DNA of 64,000 nucleotides from Escherichia phage vB_EcoM_005, in sequence record MK295203. One strand, 5' to 3'. The notes beneath the pieces are model-generated. The model searched no databases, was not told the origin of the DNA, and was given only the letters and a program-made list of their open reading frames with translations. Numbering within the stretch: the first letter of the stretch is position 1; each line of letters starts with the position of its first letter. Both the position numbers and the translations under genes were made by a program. Positions 1 to 9,846 of the stretch are shown one piece after another.

Positions 1-21
1 AATATTTATAAGGAGGCGACT

Positions 22-471
22 ATGGCTTACTCAGGGAAATTTAAACCTACAAACTTACAAAAATATAAAGGTGACTGGAAGAAAATCCAATATCGTTCCT
101 CTTGGGAAGCATGGTTTATGCGTTGGCTTGACAACCATCCTAATGTAGTCCAGTGGAATTCAGAAGAGGTAGTCATTCCTTACTTTTGCAATGCCGAAGG
201 AAAGAAAAGACGATATTTTATGGACTTCTGGGTTAAATTTGATACAGGTCAACAATTCTTTTTTGAAGTCAAACCTTTTAAAGAAACCCATGCTCCTGCT
301 GTTCCTGCTAAAATGACTACGGCTGCTAAAAAGAGATATATCAACGAACACTATACTTGGTCTGTTAATACCGATAAGTGGAAAGCAGCTAAATCTACAG
401 CAGATAAAATGGGTATCACGTTTAGATTGATTACCGAACATTCACTGAAAAAATTAGGATGGAAAGGATGA
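22..471 (+). CDS. head completion protein gp4-like (assigned by size and synteny)
   Basis: 149-aa ORF, SD aaggagg 8 nt upstream; sits upstream of gp2/gp3/gene 1 as in T4; sequence itself not recognised. Confidence 0.5.
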   Translation: MAYSGKFKPTNLQKYKGDWKKIQYRSSWEAWFMRWLDNHPNVVQWNSEEVVIPYFCNAEGKKRRYFMDFWVKFDTGQQFFFEVKPFKETHAPAVPAKMTTAAKKRYINEHYTWSVNTDKWKAAKSTADKMGITFRLITEHSLKKLGWKG

Positions 472-1295
472 GTATATTTTCCTACATCAATGAGGCTACT
501 GAAACCACAAAGGGTTCCAAGCCTACTCGTTCAGAACAACAATGGATAGCATTAGGTGTCCAGTATGCCGAAGCTAAAGCAAAGGGCGTCTCGGCTAAGA
601 AATTCGCTGAAGATAAAGGCATTAAGTATTCTAGCTTTACATCTGCGATGTCTCGATACTCGAGTCGAATTAAAACTGCTGTACAGGTTGAAAAACTTCA
701 GAAGAAACCTGGCAATAAATTAACCAAAGCCGAACGTCAATTAATTTTGGTGAATAGTTTTAGAAAGAGTATTCGTGATAAGATTGCTAACGAAGGTGCT
801 GCTGTAAACAATAAATCAGCTAAATGGTTTACAGAAACATTAAAGAAAGGAATTCGCGGACACCAGGTATCTAAACCATCTCCTGGTAAGCTTTATGCTT
901 ATATCTATGATGCCAAACACAAGGATACCCTACCATACTGGGACAAATATCCTTTAATCATTTATCTTGGGTTAGGTAAGCATAATTTAATGTACGGGCT
1001 GAACTTACACTATATCCCACCTAAAGCACGACAGCAATTTCTGGAAGAATTGCTGAAGCAATACGCGAGTACGCCTACCATTACGAACTCGACTAAATTA
1101 AAAATCGATTGGAGCAAGGTAAAAGGATTCGCCGGAGCCGATGTGATGATTAAGGCTTATATCCCTGGAAATATCAAGGGACCTTTAGTAGAGATAAAAC
1201 CGTCTGATTGGGCTAATGTAATAGGATTACCACTTCAGCAATTTGTATCTAAAGGTAAGCGTTACTCAGCTCAGAAAGTATGGAAGAATTCATAA
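459..1295 (+). CDS. DNA end protector gp2-like (size and synteny)
   Basis: 278-aa ORF overlapping previous gene; T4 gp2 is about 274 aa and lies between 4 and 3. Confidence 0.5.
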   Translation: MERMSIFSYINEATETTKGSKPTRSEQQWIALGVQYAEAKAKGVSAKKFAEDKGIKYSSFTSAMSRYSSRIKTAVQVEKLQKKPGNKLTKAERQLILVNSFRKSIRDKIANEGAAVNNKSAKWFTETLKKGIRGHQVSKPSPGKLYAYIYDAKHKDTLPYWDKYPLIIYLGLGKHNLMYGLNLHYIPPKARQQFLEELLKQYASTPTITNSTKLKIDWSKVKGFAGADVMIKAYIPGNIKGPLVEIKPSDWANVIGLPLQQFVSKGKRYSAQKVWKNS

Positions 1296-1377
1296 TCTAT
1301 TATCCCGGCCAGTTATTGAATGGAACAGACCTAGGACCATTATACACTGTCTGGGACTTAAGCAATATAGGAACCCT

Positions 1378-1968
1378 ATGAACGGTTTATTTAACCAAAC
1401 TAACACTACTAACTTTATCTTAGAGGTTAGTGACGCAGGAATGACGCAGGCATTCAAATTGAACGTACAAGATGTAACACTACCGGGTATCCATATTCCG
1501 GTCTCAGACGTCCCAGGATCGACCCAGGGCATACATCGTGCTAAGCTGCCAGGTTCTACGGTAGAATTCGATCCATTGATTGTGAACTTTCTTGTAGACC
1601 GTGAATTGAAATCATGGCTTGACGTTTATAAGTGGATGTTGTCATTAAACAACTACGTAACACATGATTCAGAAGCCTGGCATCCTAAAGGTCAACCTGA
1701 AGCTATCACCCTCCACATCCTTGATAACAACAAACAAAAAATCGTAATGAGCATTCATTACTACGGTGGTTGGCCATCTGACCTCTCGGAAATCCAGTAC
1801 TCTTATAAAGAGGATTCTGACCCAGCGATAATCGCTACAGCAACATTCAACTTCAAATCGTTTGCTGTAGAAATAGATGGTACAATAGTTACAGGTCGTC
1901 CACAAATTGATTCGTATGCCGAACAACGTGTGGCTCGTATGTCTATGCATCCATCTATGAGAAAATAA
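1378..1968 (+). CDS. tail completion / sheath stabiliser gp3-like (synteny)
   Basis: ORF starting MNGLFNQ after agga SD; stop overlaps the ATG of gene 1. Confidence 0.45.
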   Translation: MNGLFNQTNTTNFILEVSDAGMTQAFKLNVQDVTLPGIHIPVSDVPGSTQGIHRAKLPGSTVEFDPLIVNFLVDRELKSWLDVYKWMLSLNNYVTHDSEAWHPKGQPEAITLHILDNNKQKIVMSIHYYGGWPSDLSEIQYSYKEDSDPAIIATATFNFKSFAVEIDGTIVTGRPQIDSYAEQRVARMSMHPSMRK

Positions 1969-2721
1969 TGAAACTAATATCAATTGTAGGAATCAAACGT
2001 AGCGGTAAGGATACCGTTGCTAACTATGTAATCGAAAATATGGATTCGGTAAAATTTCAGCTCGCAGGTCCTATTAAAAAGTATCTGGCCGAAGCCTATG
2101 AATACATCTCTGATGACCCTGTATTCGACCGTAGTTATATGCCTAAACTCGATTTTAACTGTTTTGAAGGTATCGGTTACGACCGTGAAGAAATCCTTCC
2201 TTTAAAACCATATGATGTTATTGATATCTTTGAAAATGCTATTGTCAAATTGAATAATATCCTTCCTATTCCAGGAATGGACGTTCGTACCGCATATCAT
2301 TATGGTCTTACCCCAGTCCAGTATCTGTCTGAAGAAACAAAAGACCGACTGTTTGAAGTAATAAATAAAAATAACAATTGGTCAGTACGTCGTCTCATGC
2401 AGACCCTTGGGACTGATATTATTGTTAACCAATTTGATAAGATGTATTGGGTTAAGTTGTTCGCTTTAGACTATTTTGATAAAATATACTCTGATGCGAA
2501 ATACTATGTCGTACCTGATGTTCGTCAAACACACGAAATTGATTCGCTCAGAGCGATGGGTGCTACGATTATTCATGTAGTTCGCGCTGAAACCGGTCAA
2601 GTACAAGACTCGCACATCACTGAAGCGGGTCTACCAATTTTACCTGGTGACGTTGTTGTTGAAAATAACGGCACTCTTTCTGAACTATACACCACTATTG
2701 ATAAATTATTAGGAAATAAAA

Positions 2722-2729
<8 letters not shown>
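1968..2729 (+). CDS. 1: deoxynucleoside monophosphate kinase (gene 1)
   Basis: P-loop GIKRSGKDT; strong match to recalled T4 gp1 (WSVRRLMQ.LGTD, MYWVKLFALDY, HITEAGLP). Confidence 0.9.
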
Positions 2730-3422
<693 letters not shown>

Positions 3423-3427
3423 AAAGT

Positions 3428-3456
3428 TGTTTACAAGGTCTATAGGCATGATACTA
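3428..3456 (+). promoter_or_regulatory. T4-type early promoter (GTTTAC -35, 17-bp spacer, TACTAT -10) with inverted repeat ggtctatag/ctatagacc
   Basis: aaaagttGTTTACaaggtctataggcatgaTACTATagacctatcaa; A-rich upstream. Confidence 0.7.
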
Positions 3457-3494
3457 TAGACCTATCAAAACAAACTAACCAAACGGAAATCAAA

Positions 3495-3719
3495 ATGAAA
3501 ACTTATCAAGAATTTATTACCGAAGCTAAAAGACATGAAGATGAACTGCCAATTGTTACAAAAACCTTTGATGGCACACTGGCTGATTTTAAAAAAGTCC
3601 CTAGTGATAAGCTTGCTAAATTGACTGGCTCTATCAATGAAAAAGGTGGCAAGGTCACGTTTTCTGCTGGCGGCATAGCCAATCTTAAAAAACTTTTGAA
3701 AGCCGCTGGCGCTGAATAA
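3495..3719 (+). CDS. internal protein (IP)-like with capsid targeting sequence
   Basis: N-terminus MKTYQEFITEA matches the T4 IPI/IPII/IPIII capsid-targeting signal cleaved by the prohead protease; small basic protein. Confidence 0.7.
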   Translation: MKTYQEFITEAKRHEDELPIVTKTFDGTLADFKKVPSDKLAKLTGSINEKGGKVTFSAGGIANLKKLLKAAGAE

Positions 3720-3720
3720 A

Positions 3721-3993
3721 ATGAAATCATACCAAGAATTTATCACTGAATCTATTCTTAATGAAGAAGTAAAAATTAACAAATCTGTTAAGACCGTGAT
3801 TGATAATATAAATCATCTCTATAACATTGATTTGACTAATCACGTGACTTTAGGCAATAAGCGAAACTTTTTTGTTTTTGATACTTCAGAACTTGACCAG
3901 AATCAAATTAACAATATTGAACGTTTTGCTAATGAAAAAGGACTGCGTCACGAAACGGCTGGTTATAAAAAGTATGCAATTTATCTAAAATAA
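3721..3993 (+). CDS. internal protein (IP)-like with variant capsid targeting sequence
   Basis: N-terminus MKSYQEFITES; immediately follows previous IP-like gene. Confidence 0.6.
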   Translation: MKSYQEFITESILNEEVKINKSVKTVIDNINHLYNIDLTNHVTLGNKRNFFVFDTSELDQNQINNIERFANEKGLRHETAGYKKYAIYLK

Positions 3994-3995
3994 TT

Positions 3996-4025
3996 GTTTA
4001 CAACGGGCTCTAGTGGTGATACTAT
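3996..4025 (+). promoter_or_regulatory. T4-type early promoter
   Basis: GTTTACaacgggctctagtggtgaTACTATagccctatcaa; spacer and downstream repeats partly palindromic. Confidence 0.65.
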
Positions 4026-4061
4026 AGCCCTATCAAAACAAATGAGTGATTGGAGAATAAA

Positions 4062-4247
4062 ATGAAACGTTGCGAATTAATTAGAAATGTTACTGCACTG
4101 GCCGCCGTTACTGCTTTTGGCTTTAGTATGTTTGCAGGATTCATGCTCGATATGCTTTCAACTTCCGAGAATATAATCTCTTTAGTAGTGGCATTTTTAA
4201 TTGGTTCAATCTCTTTTGTTATGGATAAAATCTCTAAAGGTGAGTAA
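4062..4247 (+). CDS. small membrane protein, hypothetical
   Basis: SD ggaga then ATG; two hydrophobic segments. Confidence 0.5.
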   Translation: MKRCELIRNVTALAAVTAFGFSMFAGFMLDMLSTSENIISLVVAFLIGSISFVMDKISKGE

Positions 4248-4248
4248 A

Positions 4249-4629
4249 ATGTATAAAGTGTATGCGGACTACCAAGCTAATCCATCCGAAAAACCAGATT
4301 GTCAAATTGGATGGGCGCATGACACCCTGCTTGAAGCGGTAGATGAAGCTCAAAAATTAGGGTATAGTTATGTAGATATTGTTCAACCAAATGGAACAGT
4401 TATTACTCTTGAAGAATTCAAGAATATCAAAACAAACTTTTTGCTCTTTGCTGGTGATAACTATTATCCTCGTGGCGGTTATGCTGACTTAATTGCAAAA
4501 GCGGCGTCTGAAGATGAACTACGCGATATCATTAAAGAAAACGAGAATAAGCCTCAATATGGGTCTAATCGTTTTGACTGGTGGCAAATTGTTAATGCCA
4601 ATACCCACACAATTGTAGACGAGGGTTAA
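4249..4629 (+). CDS. hypothetical protein
   Basis: 126-aa ORF MYKVYADY..., SD gtgag upstream, tightly packed with neighbours. Confidence 0.5.
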   Translation: MYKVYADYQANPSEKPDCQIGWAHDTLLEAVDEAQKLGYSYVDIVQPNGTVITLEEFKNIKTNFLLFAGDNYYPRGGYADLIAKAASEDELRDIIKENENKPQYGSNRFDWWQIVNANTHTIVDEG

Positions 4630-4914
4630 ATGCTATACGTTAAGGTTACTAATCCAGAGAATGGCTATAACTCCGATCAGGTTGCAGCTGAGTTGTTGAT
4701 TCGCAATTATGGCAAAGATGCTGTTCTTGATGTTCAACAGGTTAATATAGGACGTAGTTCAAGCGATGTTAAGCTCAAAGTTAACAGCCATCGTTATAAT
4801 TCTGTTAACTTTACTTTTTATACCGCAACTGAAAACGGATTGGTCGAATACGACATCTTTAAAAATCCTTTGAAGATTGCTTCTATTAAACTTGATTACA
4901 TTAATATGCTTTAA
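4630..4914 (+). CDS. hypothetical protein
   Basis: 94-aa ORF, start overlaps previous stop (TAAATG). Confidence 0.5.
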   Translation: MLYVKVTNPENGYNSDQVAAELLIRNYGKDAVLDVQQVNIGRSSSDVKLKVNSHRYNSVNFTFYTATENGLVEYDIFKNPLKIASIKLDYINML

Positions 4915-5043
4915 GAATTATGTGATATTATTACTCTATCATTAATACCCTCTATTACCAAAGGTTCTTCCCTCAAAGAACCTTTCATAATAGACAAGGT
5001 CTATTAATCAAACTTACTTTACTTAATTTTATTTGAGGTGTTT

Positions 5044-5310
5044 ATGTTAGTATTAAAATTAGCTTTTTATGACCCAGAAACCAAGACAACAACTACCAAA
5101 CGTTGTTCTATTTCATATGACTGCCAATTTGGCGAAGTTGAGACTGACGGCGAGCCCTTTATGGCAATTGCCGATAGCACATTCGCTAAACCAAAAATAA
5201 TTCCACTAGTTAACGCTGCGGCTTATCTGGTTGCTCCTGAAGAAATGACTTATCATACAATTCAGCACATGGCTAAAGACGATAATGCTCCTGCTGGATT
5301 TGTAATTTAA
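5044..5310 (+). CDS. hypothetical protein
   Basis: ORF after gaggtg SD; ends 5 nt before first tRNA. Confidence 0.45.
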   Translation: MLVLKLAFYDPETKTTTTKRCSISYDCQFGEVETDGEPFMAIADSTFAKPKIIPLVNAAAYLVAPEEMTYHTIQHMAKDDNAPAGFVI

Positions 5311-5315
5311 ATTAA

Positions 5316-5389
5316 GGCCCTGTAGCTCAATGGTTAGCAGCAGTCCCCTCATAAGGGAAAGGTTACCGGTTCAAATCCGGTCTGGGTCA
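5316..5389 (+). tRNA. tRNA with CAU anticodon (Met or lysidine-modified Ile)
   Basis: ggccctgtagctcaatggtt...ccggttcaaatccgg: acceptor stem, D-loop AATGG, T-loop TTCAAATCC, anticodon loop cuCAUaa; no encoded CCA. Confidence 0.7.
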
Positions 5390-5397
5390 TTAACTAC

Positions 5398-5472
5398 GTC
5401 CCGCTGGTGTAATGGATAGCATACGATCCTTCTAAGTTTGCGGTCCTGGTTCGATCCCAGGGCGGGATACCA
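5398..5472 (+). tRNA. tRNA-Arg (UCU)
   Basis: gtcccgctggtgtaatggatagc...ggttcgatcccagggcgggatacca: acceptor stem pairs, T-loop GGTTCGATCC, anticodon loop cuUCUaa, encoded CCA. Confidence 0.75.
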
Positions 5473-5707
5473 AATGAAGACTATTATATAGTCAAGCCGT
5501 CGTATGAAGGACTGATTACCAGCATTCACCGGCGCAACAAACAAGAAACCGGGTCGCTACCGGTAAGTCGTCGGACTGAAGTTCCCTGAATAAGGACTGG
5601 CATTAACAAATCTTTACGATCTGTTAACGTCCCCTTATCTCACAGCTGAAACGGCGCACCGAACACTTGCCTAGCAGGTGGAACCCCGACAAGGTTACCC
5701 TAGGTTA
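5473..5707 (+). ncRNA. candidate small stable RNA(s) downstream of the tRNA genes
   Basis: 235 nt, GC-richer than surroundings, no ORF over 30 codons, ends at a strong terminator; T4 encodes stable RNAs C and D at the equivalent position. Confidence 0.3.
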
Positions 5708-5708
5708 A

Positions 5709-5737
5709 AGGCCCTTCCGAAAGGTTGGGCCTTTTTT
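5709..5737 (+). terminator. rho-independent terminator
   Basis: aggcccttccgaaaggttgggcc + TTTTTT; identical 30-nt copy at 6853-6882. Confidence 0.75.
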
Positions 5738-5774
5738 GTATAAATAGATAAGTTAATTAACACAGGAAACAATA

Positions 5775-6248
5775 ATGAAAACTTACAATGAATTTTTGAA
5801 CGAAAGCGTTCTGACTGAAGCCTCCGCTTCAGATGTTCGCGCTGCAGCAACTGCTGCTATTAAAGCCGGTAAATATTCTTATAAAGATGCTTCTGATGAA
5901 TCTCGGTACAAGTTCTACGACGATATGAGAGCTGAAGGCTTTGTGGGTAACTATGTTACCACCGCCTGGAAAAGCATGGTTGCTTCTGGTGCAGCTTTCG
6001 AAAAAGCTTCTGGTAAACCCGCTCCTAAGGCCGACCCTAAAGCAGCACAAGAAAAAAATATTGCTAAAGGAATTATCTCTAAGTATGAAGCAATTCTTAA
6101 AGAGCTTTTAGTAATCAAAACAGAAGGCCAGAAACTGGCACGAGCACATAGCTTCAAAGATAATCCACATGCTCACGACTTAGAGTATGTTGAAGATATT
6201 CAGAAAATCATCAAAGACCGTATCTGGTCTGCTAAACAAATCAAATAA
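5775..6248 (+). CDS. internal protein (IP)-like with capsid targeting sequence
   Basis: N-terminus MKTYNEFLNESVLTEA; 157 aa, lysine/alanine rich. Confidence 0.6.
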   Translation: MKTYNEFLNESVLTEASASDVRAAATAAIKAGKYSYKDASDESRYKFYDDMRAEGFVGNYVTTAWKSMVASGAAFEKASGKPAPKADPKAAQEKNIAKGIISKYEAILKELLVIKTEGQKLARAHSFKDNPHAHDLEYVEDIQKIIKDRIWSAKQIK

Positions 6249-6250
6249 CG

Positions 6251-6273
6251 AAAGCCCCGTCTGGGGCTTTTTT
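6251..6273 (+). terminator. rho-independent terminator
   Basis: aaagccccgtctggggc + TTTTTT. Confidence 0.75.
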
Positions 6274-6292
6274 GGTTAACTTAGAGAAATAT

Positions 6293-6847
6293 ATGAAACT
6301 TTTAAAATATTTGAGTTGGGTTCTGTTGGTTCCACTGGATTTCATCTCTATGGTTCTGGCCGTTATCCTTGCGCCTTTTGTAGTTCCTTTCCATAATAAA
6401 AAGACCGGTAAATTGCCTTATGGCTTTGATTGGATGATGACATACGATAATCCAATTGACGGTGACAAAGGTCATATTAAACGTTGGGCTAAAATCAGGA
6501 AAATGCCGGGCGGTGTTTATCTCCAGAGGGTAGCTTGGCTATGGCGAAATAAAGCTTATAACTTTGCTTACCATAAACTTGGACGCGATTGTAGCTCAGA
6601 ATTCCATTATCGTGGTAATCCTGACGTTGAATCTGGTTCTCCTGATAAAGCTCATCATGGGTGGCTATGGATGTGGAATGATGAAGCATGGGGAGTCTTT
6701 GCTTCGGTTCCTTATCTTAAGGTTGGAGGTATTACCTTTTATCTTCGCGTGTACTGTGGTTGGAAACTTAAGAGTCTTTTGTCTCGTAAAATCCCTAAGG
6801 CTATGTTAGCCTTCCACATAAACCCGTTCCGGTTCTACAAGAACTGA
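6293..6847 (+). CDS. membrane protein, hypothetical
   Basis: N-terminal TM helix (LSWVLLVPLDFISMVLAVILAPFVVPF), Trp-rich soluble part. Confidence 0.5.
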   Translation: MKLLKYLSWVLLVPLDFISMVLAVILAPFVVPFHNKKTGKLPYGFDWMMTYDNPIDGDKGHIKRWAKIRKMPGGVYLQRVAWLWRNKAYNFAYHKLGRDCSSEFHYRGNPDVESGSPDKAHHGWLWMWNDEAWGVFASVPYLKVGGITFYLRVYCGWKLKSLLSRKIPKAMLAFHINPFRFYKN

Positions 6848-6852
6848 TTCTA

Positions 6853-6880
6853 GGCCCTTCCGAAAGGTTGGGCCTTTTTT
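6853..6880 (+). terminator. rho-independent terminator (repeat of 5709-5737)
   Basis: ggcccttccgaaaggttgggcc + TTTTTT. Confidence 0.75.
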
Positions 6881-6903
6881 GTTTCTAAAAGTTTAAAAAA
6901 GAT

Positions 6904-6932
6904 GTTTACACCTCCTTTAAACATGATACTAT
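6904..6932 (+). promoter_or_regulatory. T4-type early promoter
   Basis: GTTTACacctcctttaaacatgaTACTATagacctatcaa. Confidence 0.7.
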
Positions 6933-6967
6933 AGACCTATCAAAACAACAGAGTGAAGGAGAGTAAA

Positions 6968-7231
6968 ATGGATAATTATGGTGAATTGTTTAATTTCTTT
7001 ATGAAATGCGTTCCGGAAGAATTTGGTGCTACCGTTAACGATATTAAGGTTATCGGTCCTGAACATCCGGTATATGAAACGTATGCTGTAATGGGTAATG
7101 AAGACGGACAATGGTATACAATTAAGGTTGTGGTTAATATGTTCTCAGCTGAAGGTTATGCTAAATCGTCTACCAAAGTTTATCATGATAACGATTTTGA
7201 TGCGGAAGATTATTTCAATAATATGAAATAA
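6968..7231 (+). CDS. hypothetical protein
   Basis: SD aggag then ATG; 87 aa. Confidence 0.5.
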   Translation: MDNYGELFNFFMKCVPEEFGATVNDIKVIGPEHPVYETYAVMGNEDGQWYTIKVVVNMFSAEGYAKSSTKVYHDNDFDAEDYFNNMK

Positions 7232-7235
7232 AAAT

Positions 7236-7265
7236 GTTTACAACCCTCAGAGGACAGGGTATAAT
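7236..7265 (+). promoter_or_regulatory. T4-type early promoter with hairpin spanning the -10
   Basis: GTTTACaaccctcagaggacagggTATAATgtcctc; inverted repeat gaggaca/tgtcctc flanks TATAAT. Confidence 0.65.
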
Positions 7266-7307
7266 GTCCTCATGGATTATAAATCTTAACCAACTGAAGG
7301 AAATACT

Positions 7308-7901
7308 ATGAACACTTTAAAGAAAATCGTTGAATTCATCCGTTCTAAACTGGGTACTGCAATGGCTCAGAACCTGTCAATCGAAGACCAATACACCAAA
7401 GCTGCTTCTACCCTGATTGATAAAATCACTGAACTCCAGACTGCTCATGTTAAGTCTGTGAATGAAGAAAAACGTATTCGTGCGTTGGCTAATGAAAAAG
7501 ACCAGCTCGCTGCTTCTAAAGAACGTGAAATTCGTAAACTGATTGCCGAAGGCGCTGATGTCCAGGTACATGCTAAACTTGGCCTCCTTTATCGTCGTAC
7601 AGCTACTCAGCTTCGTAAGAAAGCTGATGATTATATCGAAATGCGTAATGAAATTAAACTGAAGGTTAAGGAACTTGATGACTCTCGTCAGGAACTGGCT
7701 GTTAAGCTCGAGTACATCCGTGAAACTCGTAATATGGCTGCCCTTGGTATTGCTACTGCTGATGATGTTGTTGAAATTGCTGCACTGACCAAGATTGATA
7801 TCGAAGACACCCTGATGCGTGTAGAAACGTTTAAAGGCCCACAAGTTGGAATGGATACGACTTCTGCTGATATCGAAGACTACATTAATTCACTTAAGTA
7901 A
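7308..7901 (+). CDS. coiled-coil protein, possibly PspA/IM30-like
   Basis: 197 aa, heptad-rich, charged; weak resemblance to phage-shock protein A architecture. Confidence 0.45.
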   Translation: MNTLKKIVEFIRSKLGTAMAQNLSIEDQYTKAASTLIDKITELQTAHVKSVNEEKRIRALANEKDQLAASKEREIRKLIAEGADVQVHAKLGLLYRRTATQLRKKADDYIEMRNEIKLKVKELDDSRQELAVKLEYIRETRNMAALGIATADDVVEIAALTKIDIEDTLMRVETFKGPQVGMDTTSADIEDYINSLK

Positions 7902-7906
7902 TGTTA

Positions 7907-7927
7907 CCGGGAGACTTCGGTCTCCCT
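7907..7927 (+). terminator. hairpin, weak terminator
   Basis: gggagacttcggtctccc followed by tattt. Confidence 0.45.
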
Positions 7928-7949
7928 ATTTGGAGGAGAGGAGAATATT

Positions 7950-8486
7950 ATGAGTTTATACGACGACCTGATATCAAATATTGATTGGTTTAAACATAGT
8001 GGTCTTTCACATGAAACTAATGCAGTTCTTTATAGAATTCGCCAAGACCTAGGTTATTCAAACGATTTCTTAAGCAGAACATCTAGCCGTGGGCATACTA
8101 CCAAATTACCCTTTATCTTTGCTTTAGCTGAGGACCTTTCTTTTGCAGATGCTTTAGAAATTATTGACCTTGAATTAGGTATACAACGTGTGGAGTTCGC
8201 TGGGCTACGCTATTCAGTATACTCTTTAAATGAACCAAGCGATTATAAACAGCTTGTTGATGCCGACGATGATTACCATTTAGTATGCTATTTGATGTTA
8301 GAAAATGGTGACCACTTTGGTATGGTCGACCGTCGCCCGAGTTATTCGGATATTAAAAATTACGATAAAGATGAGCTTATTATTTTGGCTAATGAGTATA
8401 CATCAGAGATTCGAAAACAACAACGGAAGCTTAATCGTTTTATTGCTGAATGCCGCGAATACGCTAAAGAGGTTCGTAATGTATAA
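7950..8486 (+). CDS. hypothetical protein (C-terminal FIAEC motif)
   Basis: 178-aa ORF, SD ggagga; ends ...NRFIAECREYAKEVRNV. Confidence 0.5.
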   Translation: MSLYDDLISNIDWFKHSGLSHETNAVLYRIRQDLGYSNDFLSRTSSRGHTTKLPFIFALAEDLSFADALEIIDLELGIQRVEFAGLRYSVYSLNEPSDYKQLVDADDDYHLVCYLMLENGDHFGMVDRRPSYSDIKNYDKDELIILANEYTSEIRKQQRKLNRFIAECREYAKEVRNV

Positions 8487-8832
8487 GCCTAGTAAAACCG
8501 ACCCTGGTTACGCATTAGCAGATTATGATATAGCTATTTCATTATTCCTCGGCATTGCTACTAGTATGGTTGCAGGGATAATTGGATTTCTTGTCGGCGG
8601 GATTATTAATGGTATGCCTCGCCATCCGTTTGAAGATATGAGCCTCGCGTGGATTTGGGTTCCAGCTTTAATAGGATACTTTATCCCAGTGGTCTTTGAT
8701 ATTACCCAAACCAATAAAATAAACAAGCCACGTAAAAAGAGATATGCTTTAGAGATGGCTAATTATAATGAGTATGTAAAACAAACCAAACGTAATGACC
8801 TTGAAACCTTTATTAAGGAATGTAAATCATGA
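8479..8832 (+). CDS. small membrane protein (C-terminal FIKEC motif)
   Basis: ATG overlaps upstream stop; two TM helices; ends ...ETFIKECKS. Confidence 0.5.
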   Translation: MYKPSKTDPGYALADYDIAISLFLGIATSMVAGIIGFLVGGIINGMPRHPFEDMSLAWIWVPALIGYFIPVVFDITQTNKINKPRKKRYALEMANYNEYVKQTKRNDLETFIKECKS

Positions 8833-9119
8833 ATAAAATTGAAATTGAAATCCCTGAATACAACAGCGCGCTGTCTGCAGAAAAGGCTATCTATGACCTG
8901 CTGGGTAAAGTAGACACCATCGAATCCAAATGTGAAGAAATCGCAGATGAATATGGTATTGAATTCAGCACAGGTGATTATGGTTCAGGCCGTACATATT
9001 ATCCTGTCGGTTATGAATGCTCCCAGTGGTTTAAAGATGAAATTGAAAACAACGGTGGTGAAGTTGAAAACGGCGTCGTTACAGTTGGTGCTTGGGTCTC
9101 CTCTTCAGCAATGTGCTAA
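8829..9119 (+). CDS. member 1 of tandem small-protein family (C-terminal GAWVSSSAMC)
   Basis: 96-aa acidic ORF; stop followed by taaGGAA and next start. Confidence 0.55.
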   Translation: MNKIEIEIPEYNSALSAEKAIYDLLGKVDTIESKCEEIADEYGIEFSTGDYGSGRTYYPVGYECSQWFKDEIENNGGEVENGVVTVGAWVSSSAMC

Positions 9120-9128
9120 GGAAACGCT

Positions 9129-9410
9129 ATGATGAATGATTACCGTAAAAATAAAGAACTGGCTGAAGCAGTAAATGATATCCATAAAGCTATTCGTCGT
9201 GCTGAGGAAATTGCAAACAAATATGAGACTCATTTTAATATATACCCTGCTCGCGGTATGGGCGGTGACTATTATTCTCCTGGCGCCTTGAAAGCCGACC
9301 TTGCCCACTGGGAAGAATACGGTGAAGCTCAGTATGCTATTGTAAACCAACATGATTACACTACCAGCCTAGAAAATGGTGGATGGGTGTCCTCTTCTTC
9401 TGAATGTTAA
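9129..9410 (+). CDS. member 2 of tandem small-protein family (C-terminal GGWVSSSSEC)
   Basis: 93 aa; same stop-SD junction tgttaaggaa. Confidence 0.55.
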   Translation: MMNDYRKNKELAEAVNDIHKAIRRAEEIANKYETHFNIYPARGMGGDYYSPGALKADLAHWEEYGEAQYAIVNQHDYTTSLENGGWVSSSSEC

Positions 9411-9419
9411 GGAATTATT

Positions 9420-9617
9420 ATGTCTCGTGAACTAGATTGTGCAATCCGTACTGCAGCCGCAGCTATTGAAAACGTTATCCAGATTTGTAAAGAAGAACGC
9501 GAAGAAGCTGATATCTATATCGATGGCGCTCGTGACCTAGAACGACATATCACGCTTTATAACGGTTGTATTACTATTAGTGGTACTTCCTGGGTATCAT
9601 CCTCTTACGAATGCTAA
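9420..9617 (+). CDS. member 3 of tandem small-protein family (C-terminal TSWVSSSYEC)
   Basis: 65 aa; junction tgctaaggaa. Confidence 0.55.
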   Translation: MSRELDCAIRTAAAAIENVIQICKEEREEADIYIDGARDLERHITLYNGCITISGTSWVSSSYEC

Positions 9618-9626
9618 GGAAATAAA

Positions 9627-9836
9627 ATGACTATTGATGAAATTGAAAAACAAATCCGCGAATTAGTACGTAAAGGCCAGTCCGTGGCTGACGAAACAGG
9701 TCAGCACTTCCACGCTGGAGGCGAAGAATATATTCCAGCTTCTAGTCCGGAATATGATGATTACGAATGGGCCCGTGATGATTACGGTATCCCAGATGGT
9801 GAAGGTTTCTGGTTTACATCCTCTATGTCTTGCTAA
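9627..9836 (+). CDS. member 4 of tandem small-protein family (C-terminal GFWFTSSMSC)
   Basis: 69 aa; junction tgctaaggtg. Confidence 0.55.
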   Translation: MTIDEIEKQIRELVRKGQSVADETGQHFHAGGEEYIPASSPEYDDYEWARDDYGIPDGEGFWFTSSMSC

Positions 9837-9846
9837 GGTGATAAAA

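Noticed and set aside
160-441. Minus-strand ORFs in the six-frame track (e.g. 160-441, 7377-7844, 10738-11139, 33433-33822, 50185-50619, 60100-60534)
   Set aside because: Each lies entirely inside a well-supported plus-strand gene, lacks a ribosome-binding site and has no recognisable homology; the window shows strict single-strand coding, so these are shadow ORFs.
8932-9132. Alternative-frame ORF inside member 1 of the tandem family
   Set aside because: Fully embedded in another frame of a gene with a conserved protein-level motif; no independent start signal.
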